Shown here piece after piece: positions 38,708 to 52,358 of a DNA stretch of 64,000 nucleotides (the stretch's first letter is position 1; every line of letters starts with the position of its first letter). The DNA lies in contig NC_089432.1 of assembly GCF_026210795.1 (NCBI RefSeq), positions 4,278,001 through 4,342,000 of the forward strand. Reading direction: 5' to 3'. The position numbers and the translations under genes were made by a program. This DNA is from Rhizophagus irregularis. Taxonomy: Eukaryota. A model generated the notes under the pieces. The model was not told the DNA's origin, searched no databases, and was given only the letters and a program-made list of their open reading frames with translations.

Positions 38708-39923
38708 ATTGATATTATTGAATGTATTGAATAATGTTAACAGTAAAGTTTAAAAAAATGGAAAGTAAAAAAAATCGGTAAAGTTTAACTTGTACGCCTA
38801 TTTTATATATTTTTTCTCCGATGTTAGTCGTACAGGCATTTAGTACTACCTCAAAACAAACAAAAAAGTCAATCAGCCATGGTACGCAGCACGCAGTAAT
38901 TTCATGCACAGTATATTTCATGACGTCATCATTAAAATTATCATCAAATGTCGTACTGTAAAAAGAATTTTTAAATTTCTTATGCAAGTCGGTTGGATCT
39001 TTGCAGGCGTCTTCTGTTAGTGAGATTCAACATTCAGTCTTGCTTGTACAGTAGATGTTTCAGTGCTATACCGTAGGATGAAGTACCAATTGGTTGCTAT
39101 CTATTCAAAAATTATGAGACGCGGATCAGTAATGCACATATCGGAAGAAAAAGATAAATAGAATCTCCGGCTATGAACAAATCTATACTAACATATTATT
39201 TGTCCCAATAATCGATAGAATAAATATAGTCGCAAAATCACTGTATATTTATATGAGGCATACAGTGTCAGAAATAACCCCGCCGAAAATTTATGTTGCT
39301 TGCATTCCGTGATGCTGTACGAAAAAAAAATGGACAATATCATTATTTTGATTGGCACTCTCATGTGACATTGTGACATGTGGCTGATTTTCGATTGATA
39401 AATTTTTTTTCGTAATTTCCTTGACACATCGCTGACTCAGTTCGTAGTATTACTGACTCACAGTTCGTAGTAATTAGTCAACAACTGTTTATGGAAACAT
39501 ATATATATGTGATAAATAATCAAAATGTCGAACTATTCTTCGCTATTTCGAGTACTTTCGCTTTAAAAATTTTCTTATTTGTTGAGATTCAAAAAAAGTG
39601 AAAAAGATAATCTATACAAATTCCATTTTTTTTCTTTTAATACCGACCGAGTCTATAATTGAAGAAAGGATGTATTCTCGGATAATTTTTGCTGCAAAAA
39701 TTTGATTAAATTAATTTACTTTTTTTATCATCTTATTTTAAGTTCATTAATATGAATAATTTCAATCGAATAGATGCATCCCAGGTACAAACTAAATTCG
39801 AGGAAAATTCCCTACCTGTTAGATCTAACGTTGTACCCATAAGGTCTTTTACTTGTGTTATACTGAAAAATTACTTTTTTGACCCTCGTTTTAATTCTCG
39901 ATTTTTGCGATTGCAGATATACC

Positions 39924-42900
39924 ATGGCATATTATCTCATTCTAGGTGAAGTTCCCGCTAAAAGGAAACTTGATTTTGTTAAGTTCGATTTCTCAGAACG
40001 CGTCATGATACTCAGGAATGCTATCTATGATAAGAAGAAGAACACCTTTACCAATAAAAATATTGACGAAAACGACCTCATATTATGGAAAGTCGATATT
40101 CCTTTCGATGGTGAAAATGATAAGCTGACGATGCTTGATGAAAAGTTTGATACAATTAACATTGAACAAGATCTTGAAGGAAAGGAAATGTTACCAGGAG
40201 ACGAAATTTCAAAACATTTAAAAAACTTTGATAAACCAACATCCTTAATTCACATAATCGTGCAACCGCCCCAGCCCGCCACCACTGGTAAGTGTCTCCC
40301 AATGGTTTACCTCTCGAACAAGAAATTCGCAGTAACAAAATATCGAGTTTGTTCTGATCTCTTTTTTTCGCGTTAAAGTAGGTCCCTCTCATCAAGGCGT
40401 TCCACAAGGTACGGTATCTCTAGTTAAATTTCCTGTGTTGTCTTAGTCTTTGTATTCTGGCCCGCCATTATTGATACATATAGGTTACTTGCACCGTATC
40501 TATTTGTTAATACACTGTGCTTTCTTATTGTTCACAAAACATAGTGACGTCGATCGAAGATGCCATGAAAAAGATTTTGGAGGGAATTCATGAACAAATG
40601 GACGTAGACAATGTAGACAATAATAAGCCCAAGCCCATGGCTCTAAAACAACGTGACCTTAAGCAAGCTATTGATGTGATTGACAGGAATTTTTGTAATT
40701 CCTTAGATAAACAAGAAGCTATAAAAAAAGAAACTCCCACGGCAAAGACAAACTATCGAATCCTTTTATGCGGTGGGGCACCTGGCATAGGTAACTTTCA
40801 TACATTCTCTTGTATGTTTTTACAGCAGATAAAGCGGTTTTAGCCTTCTAATTAACAAATTCAAACTATAATTCACTAGGAAAGACACGTTATGGAGTTG
40901 AATTGTTTAATTGTCTCGACAAAGAATGGAAGATATCAAAAGGCCAAAAGCCTTACATGCTTTACATGCTTTTTGATTTCACTAATGGTTATGCTTTAGA
41001 TGAGTATGAAATCCAGGGGGATATTAAAATTGCATCAGAAATCATTCTTGGATTGCGGTTGGCGTACCACTATTTGGTCCACAAAAAATATGTGATGAGT
41101 TTTACAGTGTTCCGTACGAAATCCAATGAATATAAGCAATTTTTCAGATTGAGTAATGTCCTTTTATACATCCACAACCTTGAACATGAAAGTCTGATTC
41201 AACGTGGCAAGCATCTTTTCATTTTTCTTCAAATTGATGAATTTTAGCTAATTTTCAAAGAGCGAAATGAAGGAGAAAAATTATTTAAGCAGTTAATGTA
41301 TATTCTTGGGCATCATATGGCCGGAGAAATTCCTGAAGTATTTGTGCAGACTCTACTTTCAGGTACAGCACCACAGGATGCAATACGAGCAATGGAACCT
41401 ACAATGTATTCTATTGAACCTCTTAACCTTCCACTGTTATTCTTGGAGTCACGTCTTGATATTATGAGAGATTTTGCAACAAATCACGATGTTTCTGATT
41501 GTGTGTGGGTACCAAAAGTTTAGATACATCAATTACTTCTTGATACAGGTGGTCTTCCACGTGCTTTGGAGTATCTTTTTACAGAATTTTTCGGGCAAGG
41601 TTTTACAAGTGTTAAGGAATTTTTTGAAGAACTTGAAACAAAGACTCCATCAAGAATTTACAGCAAAATCGTATACAAGCTTGATGATGCATATAACATC
41701 AGCACTTATGCTAGTGATCATAAAAAGCTTATATATGAGATTGTTTATAGAAATATTATGGAAATTGAATCAAAAATGTCTGATGAACTACAAGATGGTC
41801 GCTTTATTATAAAATTGGAACATTTGGAGCGTGACAGGCACTTGATACTAAGGAAATTGGAAGTAACACGTAAAGTTCTAATTGATATACCATACTTCTT
41901 TATGTATATTTACGTTGATGAACTTGGAATTTTCTCAAACAAATTAGACAGAGCATTTTTACCTGATTCGGATTGGTCATGGGAGGATTTTGAAATATTT
42001 ATTGCGGATTTTATAGCATCAAAAATCCGTATGATTCATGTTCTGGAAAAAACCAAATCATTAAAACTTGGGGATTTCTTTCATGGTGCACAGGGTAGTG
42101 ATGTTACACTGAACCTGTTGATCAATTTCGAACCTGTTCAAATCTATAAATTAAAACATCAATTTCCATGCCTGAACCTTTCCGCAAAAGAGGGAAATTA
42201 TGATTTAAATAAGCTAGAGCCGGGTTACATTATGATCAATGGTTATTCGGCACCATTTGCAGATGTCTTTTTTTTAGTAAATAACCCCGAACCTATTCTT
42301 ATTGCTATTCAATGCAGAAAAAGAAAAAAATCTCTTGATTTGAGAACAATTAAAGATGAACATGAGAAAAATTCGAATATTTCTGAAAAAATGGAAGAAA
42401 AGGCCGAAAAAATCAGAGAAAATGCTAAAGTAAAAGGCAGAGAGATGAAAGAAAAATTGCAAAAAGAGGCAGAGCAATATACAAAACTTGCAGATTTTTT
42501 GAGCAAATATCGTATTATCACAATTTTTATTACAACTCAGCGTTTCAGGGAGGAATTGGAATCTCTTCCTGATGATTGTATTTTGATTCATCAAGAAAAC
42601 TTTGACATTTTCTTCGGGCCTGTATTTTCCTCTCGTACCAAGCTTGTAATGACCAGAGATTCAAATCCAAATCTGAGTACTGCAAGTGAATTGACGTCAA
42701 AGTTTAAAGCAATTAAGAAAGATATAGGAGAGAAAATTGAAGAAGCTAGAAAAAGAAAGACTTTTAGGTCACATAAAGAGTTCTGTAAAGATTTTCCAGA
42801 ATTGGCTGAAGATGATGAGATCCGAAATAATTTTGTTTACTACCCATACCCTCCACATATAGAATCCTTTGAACATCCAAACAAGAGAACACGTGTTTAA
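39924..42900 (+). pseudogene. Crinkler (CRN) family protein: ubiquitin-like N-terminal domain, P-loop NTPase, putative restriction-endonuclease-fold C-terminus
   Basis: LILWKVDIP..IHIIVQPP header, short GPSHQGVPQ exon, Walker A GGAPGIG|KT split by an intron, Walker B IFLQIDEF, and PFADVF..IAIQCRK. In-frame TAG at 41245-41247 and 41521-41523. The exact start codon is uncertain. Confidence 0.85.
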
Positions 42901-43591
42901 GATAAAACCTTTTTCGACTTTTTTTTCTACCGCGTTGGATTTCGTCAACAGGGCGGACATCCTCGTATTATCACATTTTTGCCGATCATTTTGCCGATCA
43001 TTTGTTAATTATCTATTCAATATTATCACATAACAAAACCATTATTATGGGGATTTTTTTTTGAAAATTCTGTTATACATAAAACTAAAATAATTTGAAT
43101 TAATCATCTTGAGGGTCAAAATAGTCGAAATTAGCCAAAATTACATCATATAATGTGATTATTATAATTAATAAATAATATGAAAATTTAAAATTTACAA
43201 TCTCAATATCTAATGATCAGATTTAAATGAAATATATACCATTAGATTCGTCTCATTGAGAGGATTCGAATGGTTGTAAAATCACTGCAATTGGATCAAT
43301 AATAACGAAGCTATCACATTTCATAATTTGACTTTTGACCTTTTAGCTTGAATATTTTAACTTTTGGAGTTTAATTTCAGTTTTATGTATGAATTCTACA
43401 TAACAAAATAGTATATTAATTTTTCATAAATTAAATAATTTTTCTAATGGCAACTTTTTATTTATAATAATGCATTTATTAAAAATAATTTAAATACAGT
43501 AAATAAAAGAAAGTTTTTATCCATATTTATATTTGCATACATTCACACATTATTGTAATTTAGCCATATATTATACTGAGTTTCATATTGA

Positions 43592-45388
43592 TTATCCATA
43601 TCTTGTTCTGTCATCTAAATCATCATCTTTTGTAATTTCAGGTATTTCATTATCCTTTAATGGCTTAGACAATCTTTTATTTAAATTAGTAATATTTGTT
43701 TTAATACTTCTTGACAAATAATTAAAGCAATATTTACATTTTTCATTAAGTATACTTAAACATTCTTTATGATAGCTATGCCCACATATTAAAACAATAT
43801 TTGATAATGAATTTGTAATATTACAATTATCTGCATCACAAAATTTATCTTCAGCTGGTGGATTTGAAGTACTCCAAGCTAGAGGAAGAACTTTTACATT
43901 CACAATTCTATTATTAAAACTTGGAAATTCAAATGTTTCATTACCATTATTTTTTGTTCTTCCAATATTATGATAAATCTTATCAAAAAGTGATAGTAAA
44001 AATAATGAAACCTTTTTTTCTAAAGATATTAACTTAACTTTTGAAATATTTGTATTTCTTGTATTGACAAATGCATCTTTAAACCCTTTATCATTTCTTT
44101 CAATATCAATAATTTTTGCCTTTTGAATAATTTGTTTATCTGAATTTGACTCAACAGTTTGATATCTAAGAGAGCTATGAAAATTTTCAACAAAATAGTC
44201 ATTAAAAATTGGTAAATGACTTTTTAAAATATCAATAATTGGATGCTCATTTAATGTCCAATAAAATACATCACTTAAAAATATAAGTGGTGCTTTATTA
44301 TAATTATGTCTTTGTAATCATTGAAATAAAACCCAAATTTTTACAATACTTTCTAGATATCCTTCATAAAATCCACATTTAAAAAGTTTTGCATATATTT
44401 CTAATGTAAGGTGTAAAGAATTATCTAATAAATCTATCATTGTTAAATATTCTATATCTTTTGTGTTTCCAAAATGATTTATAATTAAATTACGAATATT
44501 TTTCCATCCATAAAAAGTAAGATTTAATATAAGATCAATAAGTCTTGGCTTTGTTTTGTGCTAAAACTTTATTTTCTCCAAAAAGATTATGATATACCAT
44601 TTCAAAGAAAAAATGATATATTTGAAATAATGTTTCTCTACTATTTAAAGAAACATGAAGTGGTCCAATCATAGGAATTAAACTTAATATTTGAGATGGA
44701 ATTCTAGAATTATCTTTTTTATTAAGTCTTAGTGTAATAGCTCTTCTTAAATTTATTTGACCAGGCCAATCACAAATTGTAGGAATTATAAAATTGTTTA
44801 AATAATCTTCTTGTTCTATTTTTTCAAATGTTGTAAATAAAATATTTGCAGATTCAATATAATCTTTTGCATTATGCAAAGGATGCAAAATAAAATCTAT
44901 TAGTTTACTATTTTTCATTGATCTTAATTCCTGTTGATTTTGAATACGCCCATCATAATCTCATGAACAGTGAGAAATTCCATTTTATTTTCATATGAAT
45001 CATCAGATCTCCACATTTCAGTTTGCTAATAATAATTTTTTCCTAATTTATTCATAAAATTACTATCAATATAATTTATAATTAATTTAAAGTCAATACC
45101 TTTAGGAAAATGAATTGAAATATTATTTAATGAATAAAAAGGTATTTTAGGTATATTAGGATTTGAATTTAATAATATTGTTACAAAATGATTAATATCA
45201 TGTGTTTTTAATAAAGTTGGTTGATTTCTTCGATGAATATGATTATGATAATCATCAATATTAAGTATAAACATATTTTCAATATTTTGTAAACAGTAAT
45301 TATTTACAGTATCTTGATGACTTTCTGAAATAAGAGTTTTTTGACGAGATACTGTGTTCTTGTTATTGAAAAACCTATCCTGGTACAT
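43592..45388 (-). pseudogene. Degraded transposase-like gene with a C-terminal RING-like Cys/His finger
   Basis: Motifs NIDDYHN, CDWPGQ, IGPLHVSLNSRE, RHNYNKAPL, NDYFVENFHS and C..CGHSYHKEC..C.YC. Frameshifts and a TGA at 44318-44320. Family assignment is inferred from the D..D..H..E pattern only. Confidence 0.5.
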
Positions 45389-45599
45389 ATTTTATTTTTA
45401 GCATATGGGCTGATTTGTCTACCTTTAATTAAAATATTAATTTTATTAAGTATTGTAATGTTGAAATTGAATAATTGAATAAATGATTCTGATCACAACC
45501 ATTATTAAAATATGTTGTTTTAAGATGAAAATAAGAATGTTCAAATTTATTTTTATATTATTTAAAAATATAATTTGATTTAATATGAATTTAATAAAT

Positions 45600-46250
45600 G
45601 TTATTTTTGAGAAAAATTCTAAGGTTTTGTTATAAAATCAACTGTTGCATTGTTTGTATGAGGACGAATATTAATAATTCTTTTGTGGTTTCTATTAGTA
45701 ATTTTGCAATAAATATTAAATTATTCTCTCTAAAATTTAGTAAAGAAAGAATTTCAAGTTTTGGTAAAAAAATTCCTTATAAATTATTATCATTTAATAT
45801 CATATTAAAAACTATAAAAACGTATTTTAATTCTGTTAAATTAATAAAATTTGAAATTACTTGGACTAGCAAATAAGTGCAATTACATAGTTCAAGAATT
45901 CTCAAAGTTGTTCAATAATATTAAAAAGATTCGCCGTCTTTCTGACATGTAAAATTTTATTTCTCCTAAATTTTTTTGTGAGAGAACCGAAATACTTATA
46001 TTATCATCAATATTTGAACTTTCTTCTATCACTTAAATTATTATAATAAATTGAATTTTCGGATCCAATAAAAATTTGATACGTTTTAATTCATGAATTA
46101 TTTCAATATCTTCATTCAATTTTAAAGGGTCTTATTATATTCTGTCCTAAAGATTTTAATGCAAAATATTCGAAAATATTAAATTTTTAATCAAGATATT
46201 TAATTTTTAACATCTTTTCATAAAAAAATAACAATTGATATTTTTTTAAA
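45600..46250 (-). pseudogene. Degraded remnant paralogous to 30600-31290
   Basis: Shared nucleotide blocks with 30680-30900; no intact ORF. Confidence 0.3.
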
Positions 46251-48707
46251 TAATTTTTTATAATTAATACCAGTAAATATAACTTTGTTTGGATCTCCAA
46301 AAAATTCCGACAAACCATAGTAATATCGACAGCCAACACCAAAATCCTAATAAATGCAAATTCCGATTGAATCAGACTGGGATGAGTTTGAGATTAGTTA
46401 ATTTTTTAATGCAATTGTTTCTAATTTCTGATCTGGTAATATACTGTACGTAGTCCTTTTAATTAAAATAAAAATTTTTTCTTTTATTTTTATTAATAAA
46501 TATAGTAATGTTAGTAAATTTGCATTAATTAAATTAATTAATACTAATCAAATAATTCAAAATAATATTGGATAATTAAGACACGTTACTACGCCGCTGC
46601 ATTTTTAAAATTAAGTGATTAATTGGAAATTTATAAAATATATACAATTTTTTTTTTTAAAAAAAAAAACTTTGGGATTTTGACTATCAAGAAATTTAAC
46701 TGTCAGGATTTGTGACTATCAGGATTTTGTTTCAACTAGAATTTGGACTTATCGTGATTTTTTGTGTCAACGTAGACTGTCGATATTATGGTTATGGCAA
46801 TCCCGTGCCATATTATATAAGATTTGCAACCAAAAAGAAAAATTATTAAAATTACTTGCAAGGACACATTCCAAATTTCCTCGGTTTGTCAATTGCATAA
46901 TTAATCATCATAAATTCTTTAATTAGTTATTCAATAGAATTTTAAATAAGCAATACTATCATTAAAATAAATATTTCAAACCATTTTAATTTATAAAAGC
47001 TTAAGTCATTAAGTTGTAGTAATAAATCTTTTTATTTTCAACAAATAAGAGTAAATATTCCTATCATTATAAATTGTATTCTCAATAAATTCATCAAAAT
47101 CATTATTCCAACTGGTTTATCCTTCAAGACCTTAATGTGTAAGGTGGATCGGACTAACATTATGAATATGTCAAATTTGTAAGAAAGGAGTTTCATGTTT
47201 GTTTAGTTTTAATTAGCGTGCTTATTAATATATATTGATTATTCGTTGATTTAATGAAAGATCAATGAGAATAAAAAAGGAAAATCAATTTTCTATATCA
47301 CAAACATTTTAAACAAGACTTTTTTAAGTTAAATAATTATTATATAGATATTAGCTTTTTTTTTGTGGCAAAATTTGCAAAAATTTGTTAAAAAGTTGGC
47401 TCTACGTGTCTGTTAAACTTAGGATAGCATATAAAATCCTAATAAAGATGCATTACAGTTTTTTTTAAAAAAAAAAAAAAAAAAAAAAATTTGTTAAAAA
47501 AAAATTTTCAAGTATTGATAAACTCATAATATAATGAAAGAGAAAATATATTTATGTAGGGAACCATGTGATTGGACGATCTACATCATGTTAAACGGTC
47601 AGTTTATTGCGCCATTCATTAAAAAAAGAGTTAAAATGAAGTAATTTTTTAAGATTAAAAAATTTTGATAATCGCAATTTGTATTAGGATCAACAACTTT
47701 TATAGTGTTAGCGATAGTTTTACATAATCTCATAAAGAAAAACGTAAGAAAAAAAATATAATAAAAAAATTAATGGAAAAAATTAGCAAAATAAAAAAAT
47801 AAATTGAAGAAACAGAAATAGTAAATAATAATTATTGTACTAATAAATTTTATAACGTTAAAATTGAGTTTTCTTATAGCAAACTTTTAAAAAAAAAAGT
47901 TTTTTAAATATTAAGAATAATAAGAATTATTTTTAATGCTTAAATTCTTATAGGCATTAAAATGAGTATATCTTATTAATTGACCAATAAAATTAATAAT
48001 ATAAACGTATATAAAAGCGGACGTGACGCACATGTCGTATATAGACGCTTCCCTTCAATAAATACCCGATATATCATAATGTTTTAAATGGAAAACTTAT
48101 AAATTATAGAAGATTTTTTCATATCAGAGGAGCAATTTATTATAAGTTAAACTTTTTATAAAAGTTAAACATTCGACTTTTGATTATTTTTAGATAGTCA
48201 TTAGTCATCCTTAACAAAGAAATATTATGAATATTTTTTATATTACAATTTTAACATATATAATGTTATTTTATTCTTCTATCAATCCTATGTAAAATCC
48301 AAATTTATAATTAAATTTGTCTAATGTATACTTAATAGTTACACTATTTACGATCATCGTTATTTGTTAAATGATCTTGAGTCTTTAGACAAATAATATT
48401 TTTTTTTTTGTTTTTTTTTTGAAATCCTTTAAATAAATGGTAAAGTTGGATTAATTAATTAAAATCAAAAATCAAAGTTTAAATAAAAAATTATCGTACT
48501 TTTTGTCAAAGTCAAAATTAAATTTTTTGATGCATTGGAAAAAAATTTTTCCCTAACAATGCAAATCATTTGACTAGACTAATTAGGGTTGAGTACAGGA
48601 GTACATACGCAGTCATTGTTACACATGGTTGACTTTATAAGTAGACCGTTCCGAATTTTTTTTTAAAAATTTAAAATTTAAAAAAATTTACAATAAAATA
48701 TTTCATT

Positions 48708-50984
48708 ATGTCTGTTATTAGAGAAGATTTAATTTATACTACACTTAATAAAGCATATGCACTAACGGATTATAATATTCACAATGATATGTACAAAAAA
48801 ACTGAATTTCGAAAAAAAACAATTCTTGCTGATGAATCACTTACAAAAGATGAAAAATCTGAAGCAATAAGAATTTTGACTGCAACTTATGATAAATATA
48901 AAATTATTTATAATTCAGGAACAAGAAGAGTTTGTGAAAATTGTAACCAAAAATGTTTAGCTACATTATATTGTGAATATTGTGTTCGAAATTATTTAAA
49001 AAATAATTTTTCAAATTGGACATCCGGAAATGATGATATTGATAATTTAATACAAAAATGTCAGATGAGTACATTTGACCCGAATGTCATAGTTGAATGG
49101 ATTCCATATAATAATTTAAAAAATATTAAATATTTAACAAAAGGTGGATATTCTGAAATTTATACAGCAGAATGGATTGATGGTCATTTTATTGAATGGG
49201 ATTCTAATCAACAACAATTAAAAAGATTTGGAGAGCAGTATGTAGTACTTAAAAGATTAGAAAATGTTGAAAGTGCAAATAAAAGTTGGTTTGAAGAGGT
49301 TTGTAGTCTAAAAATGGTAGTAATTTTTCATTTAAAATTTTTTATAATATATTCTTTATTTTATAGGCTAATTCGCATTTAAATATATGTAATAAATGGT
49401 CAGATGCGATTGTCCAATGTTTTGGTTTAACAAAAGATCCATTAAATGGAGTTTATATGCTTGTAATGAATCAATTTGATATAGATTTAAGAAACTATTT
49501 ACAACAAAATCATAGTCAACTTACATGGAAAGAAAGAATTCAAATTGCTGTTGTCATAATTAATGCACTTTCACGGGTTCATGAAGAGAATGCGATTCAT
49601 AGAGATTTGCATTCTGGAAACATACTATTTAAAACTAAATTTAATATTAGTGATCTTGGATTTTGTGGACCTGCAGATAAACCATTAAAGAGTGTATATG
49701 GAAATCTTCCTTACATTGCACCAGAAGTTATTGCAGGAAAAGTAACTACTTTTAAATCTGATATTTATAGTATTGGCATACTTATGTGGGAAATTTCATC
49801 TGGACAACCACCATTTATTAATTACGAACATAATTATGATCTTGCTATGTATATTATTAATGGTATAAGACCAAAAATTGTATCAGGAACTCCTTTAGAA
49901 TATAAAAATTTAATGAAACAATGTTGGGATGCTGATCCATCAAAAAGACCTGATATTAATACACTTGATAATAAAATAAGAGAAATTAATTTATTTTATC
50001 AAACTAAATCAAATGAATCATTAACTCAACCAGAAGAAAATAATAATTCTGAAATGGAAAATCATACTAGCAGTAGCAAAGTATTTACAAGTATCAGTAA
50101 ACTTCATCAATTTGATAATCTTCCTAAACCAAGAAATGCAACAGAAGGTATTATTGAAATTTGTTATTTGATTTTTAATATATGGTTGATATTAATAATT
50201 AAAATCTTACCTTTTTAATTAAATAATAATGCAGAAGAACAAGAAGGTATAAATTAAACATTATAATTTTATATATATTTTTTATTTTAAAATAATTAAA
50301 TAATAAATTATTTTTCTTTTATTAGCATTTCACAGTAATAAATCATACAACTTTCATATTCCCAATAACAGTATGTATATTAGATTTATGTTAATATAAT
50401 AAGATACTTTATTTGATTTATTTTTATCTATCATTAGTTGATGATTTTGATAAGTTGAATAATCAGAAGAATAGTTCAAAAATAATTGGCATTTTTAAAG
50501 GTAATTATAAAACATATTTAATAGTATTTCCTTTAGATGATCAAATAAATTAATATTAATATTTTAAACTTTTTAGCTAGTACTGAAGAATCATTAAAAG
50601 GGAATTCAAAAAATGGCAAGTAGAATGATTAATATTATCAATTTAATTGTTTGATATTGAACATAACATTATTTTAATTTTTAGTTATTCAAGAAACAAT
50701 GCAACAACAAATAAAAAAATATCATGATGATATTGACGGTATAATATAATTATTTAAACTGATTATAATAATTATGATAATAATTAATTTAATACTTTCT
50801 AAATAATTATTTTATTTGTAGATGATGAAATTCATAATAATCCAAATCTTCACTCGGAAGAACAAGACGAATTGGAACTTCCGGATAGTAAGGATTCTTT
50901 ATTTTTAAATTTGAAATTTTTAATTAATTTAAAAAATCACTACTAAAGTCTTTTTTTAATAATTTTTTAGATATAGATAATTAA
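48708..50984 (+). CDS. TKL kinase with an N-terminal CxxC-CxxC region and a multi-exon acidic tail
   Basis: Exons 48708-49298, 49367-50147, 50235-50246, 50326-50370, 50438-50500, 50577-50615 (GC donor), 50685-50738, 50822-50887, 50971-50984. Motifs WTSGN..ID, KGGYSEIY, VVLK, HRDLHSGN, SDLG, APE. Confidence 0.9.
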
Positions 50985-51529
50985 TAATATTATTACACGA
51001 AGTATTTTATATAAATTATTTAAACACTAGGACTAGAGTAGTAATATTAAATATTTTTTAGTTTGTAATTTAAATAATTTATTTTTTATTTTTATTTTTT
51101 ATATTATAACTTATCAATAAATTATTTTATAAATAAAATTATTCAATTATATACTATGATTAGTAATCTTCTTTGTTTACCAAAGATAGCTAATGGGAGC
51201 TAATAATCTTTTATTACTTTATTTCTGTGTGTATGTTATTACAAAAAACAAAAGTAATGTAACTAGAATCGTAAAAAATGGATGGAATGTTTTGGTTATC
51301 TTCTCCTTTTCACGAAGTGATGATGTATTTTTTGATGTCGTAAGATAATCACCCGATGGGACTGAAATGACCACCTGTTTTTCATGGACTATTTGTTTGC
51401 CCATATCTGTATCACGACATGTATTAGTTATTTCATTCAACTTATTATTTAGTCAAATGGTAGTCTATCAGGTGATTTTGGTATTACAGACACAATTTTG
51501 GGCAACGAAAATTATGAAAATCTTTCAGA

Positions 51530-51715
51530 TTAAGCATTAAACGCAAAGTAACCAAATCCGCCGGTATAATATTTTGTTATTATATTAGGTATAGTAGTTA
51601 TAGTAGTTTTACCATAGCCTGTTTCTTCTGAAATGGTTCGTACAGAGTCACCAGCTTCGTAAAAACCAATAACTTTTCCACACTCAAAATCCGTTGGTTC
51701 TCTTTTTCTAATCAT
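51530..51715 (-). pseudogene. Tc1/mariner-like transposase N-terminal HTH remnant
   Basis: MIRKREPTDFECGKVIGFYEAGDSVRTISEETGYGKTTI resembles the paired-like HTH. No catalytic domain follows. Confidence 0.65.
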
Positions 51716-51786
51716 CTTGCATTTAGAATGAAAAAAAAAGCCAAAACTTCGTGTAATAAACATTACCATCATAAATAGTTTTAGTT

Positions 51787-52222
51787 GCATCCCTTTTTTG
51801 TGTGCTGTGCCAGGTTCGTGGCACAGCCAACAGATTGTGGCGCAACGAAAATCATAATTTTTTTAATAACAGATAACATATAACTTCAAAAATTACTAGA
51901 TAGTTGTAATTTTTGCTGCTCTCCAAGTTTACTTAGAGCGACAAAGGCGATTTTAAATATCATTATTGACTTATTTAACAAAAGTTTTTCTTTCACGAAA
52001 TCCATTTTTGGAAATGATCGACAAAGACGGTAGAATCAATCATTTATATGTAAAGTCAAAATCGGCATTCATAACCTTCTTCCGAATTCTAATTAAACAT
52101 GCAGAGCAGGTGAAATTACATCTACAATATAAGTTTAAAAACTTTATATCAAAGAAAAAATCCTTAATGATGTTTTTTAAAAAGTTTCTGCGCCACGAAC
52201 CTGGCACACAAAAAAGGGGTGC
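51787..52222. mobile_element. Mutator-like (MULE) MITE, 436 bp
   Basis: TIR of about 35-40 bp, GCA(T/C)CCCTTTTTTGTGTGC..CAGGTTCGTGGC. Perfect 9-bp TSD GTTTTAGTT at 51778-51786 and 52223-52231. Confidence 0.9.
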
Positions 52223-52358
52223 GTTTTAGTTTAAATCACACAAATACATGATCATTACTGTTTAGGTTATGTTTATGCAGATCTTGGATGGTACTGCATT
52301 TTGATTATAATTTTACTTAATAAAATTTTTTCTTTGCTTCTTTTTGTAATAAAAAAAT

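Noticed and set aside
42274..42594. Minus-strand ORFs inside the CRN gene
   Set aside because: Antisense shadows of the Lys/Glu-rich coding segment.
47461..47505. Long poly-A run as a retrocopy tail
   Set aside because: No adjacent processed gene or TSD; homopolymers are common in this window.
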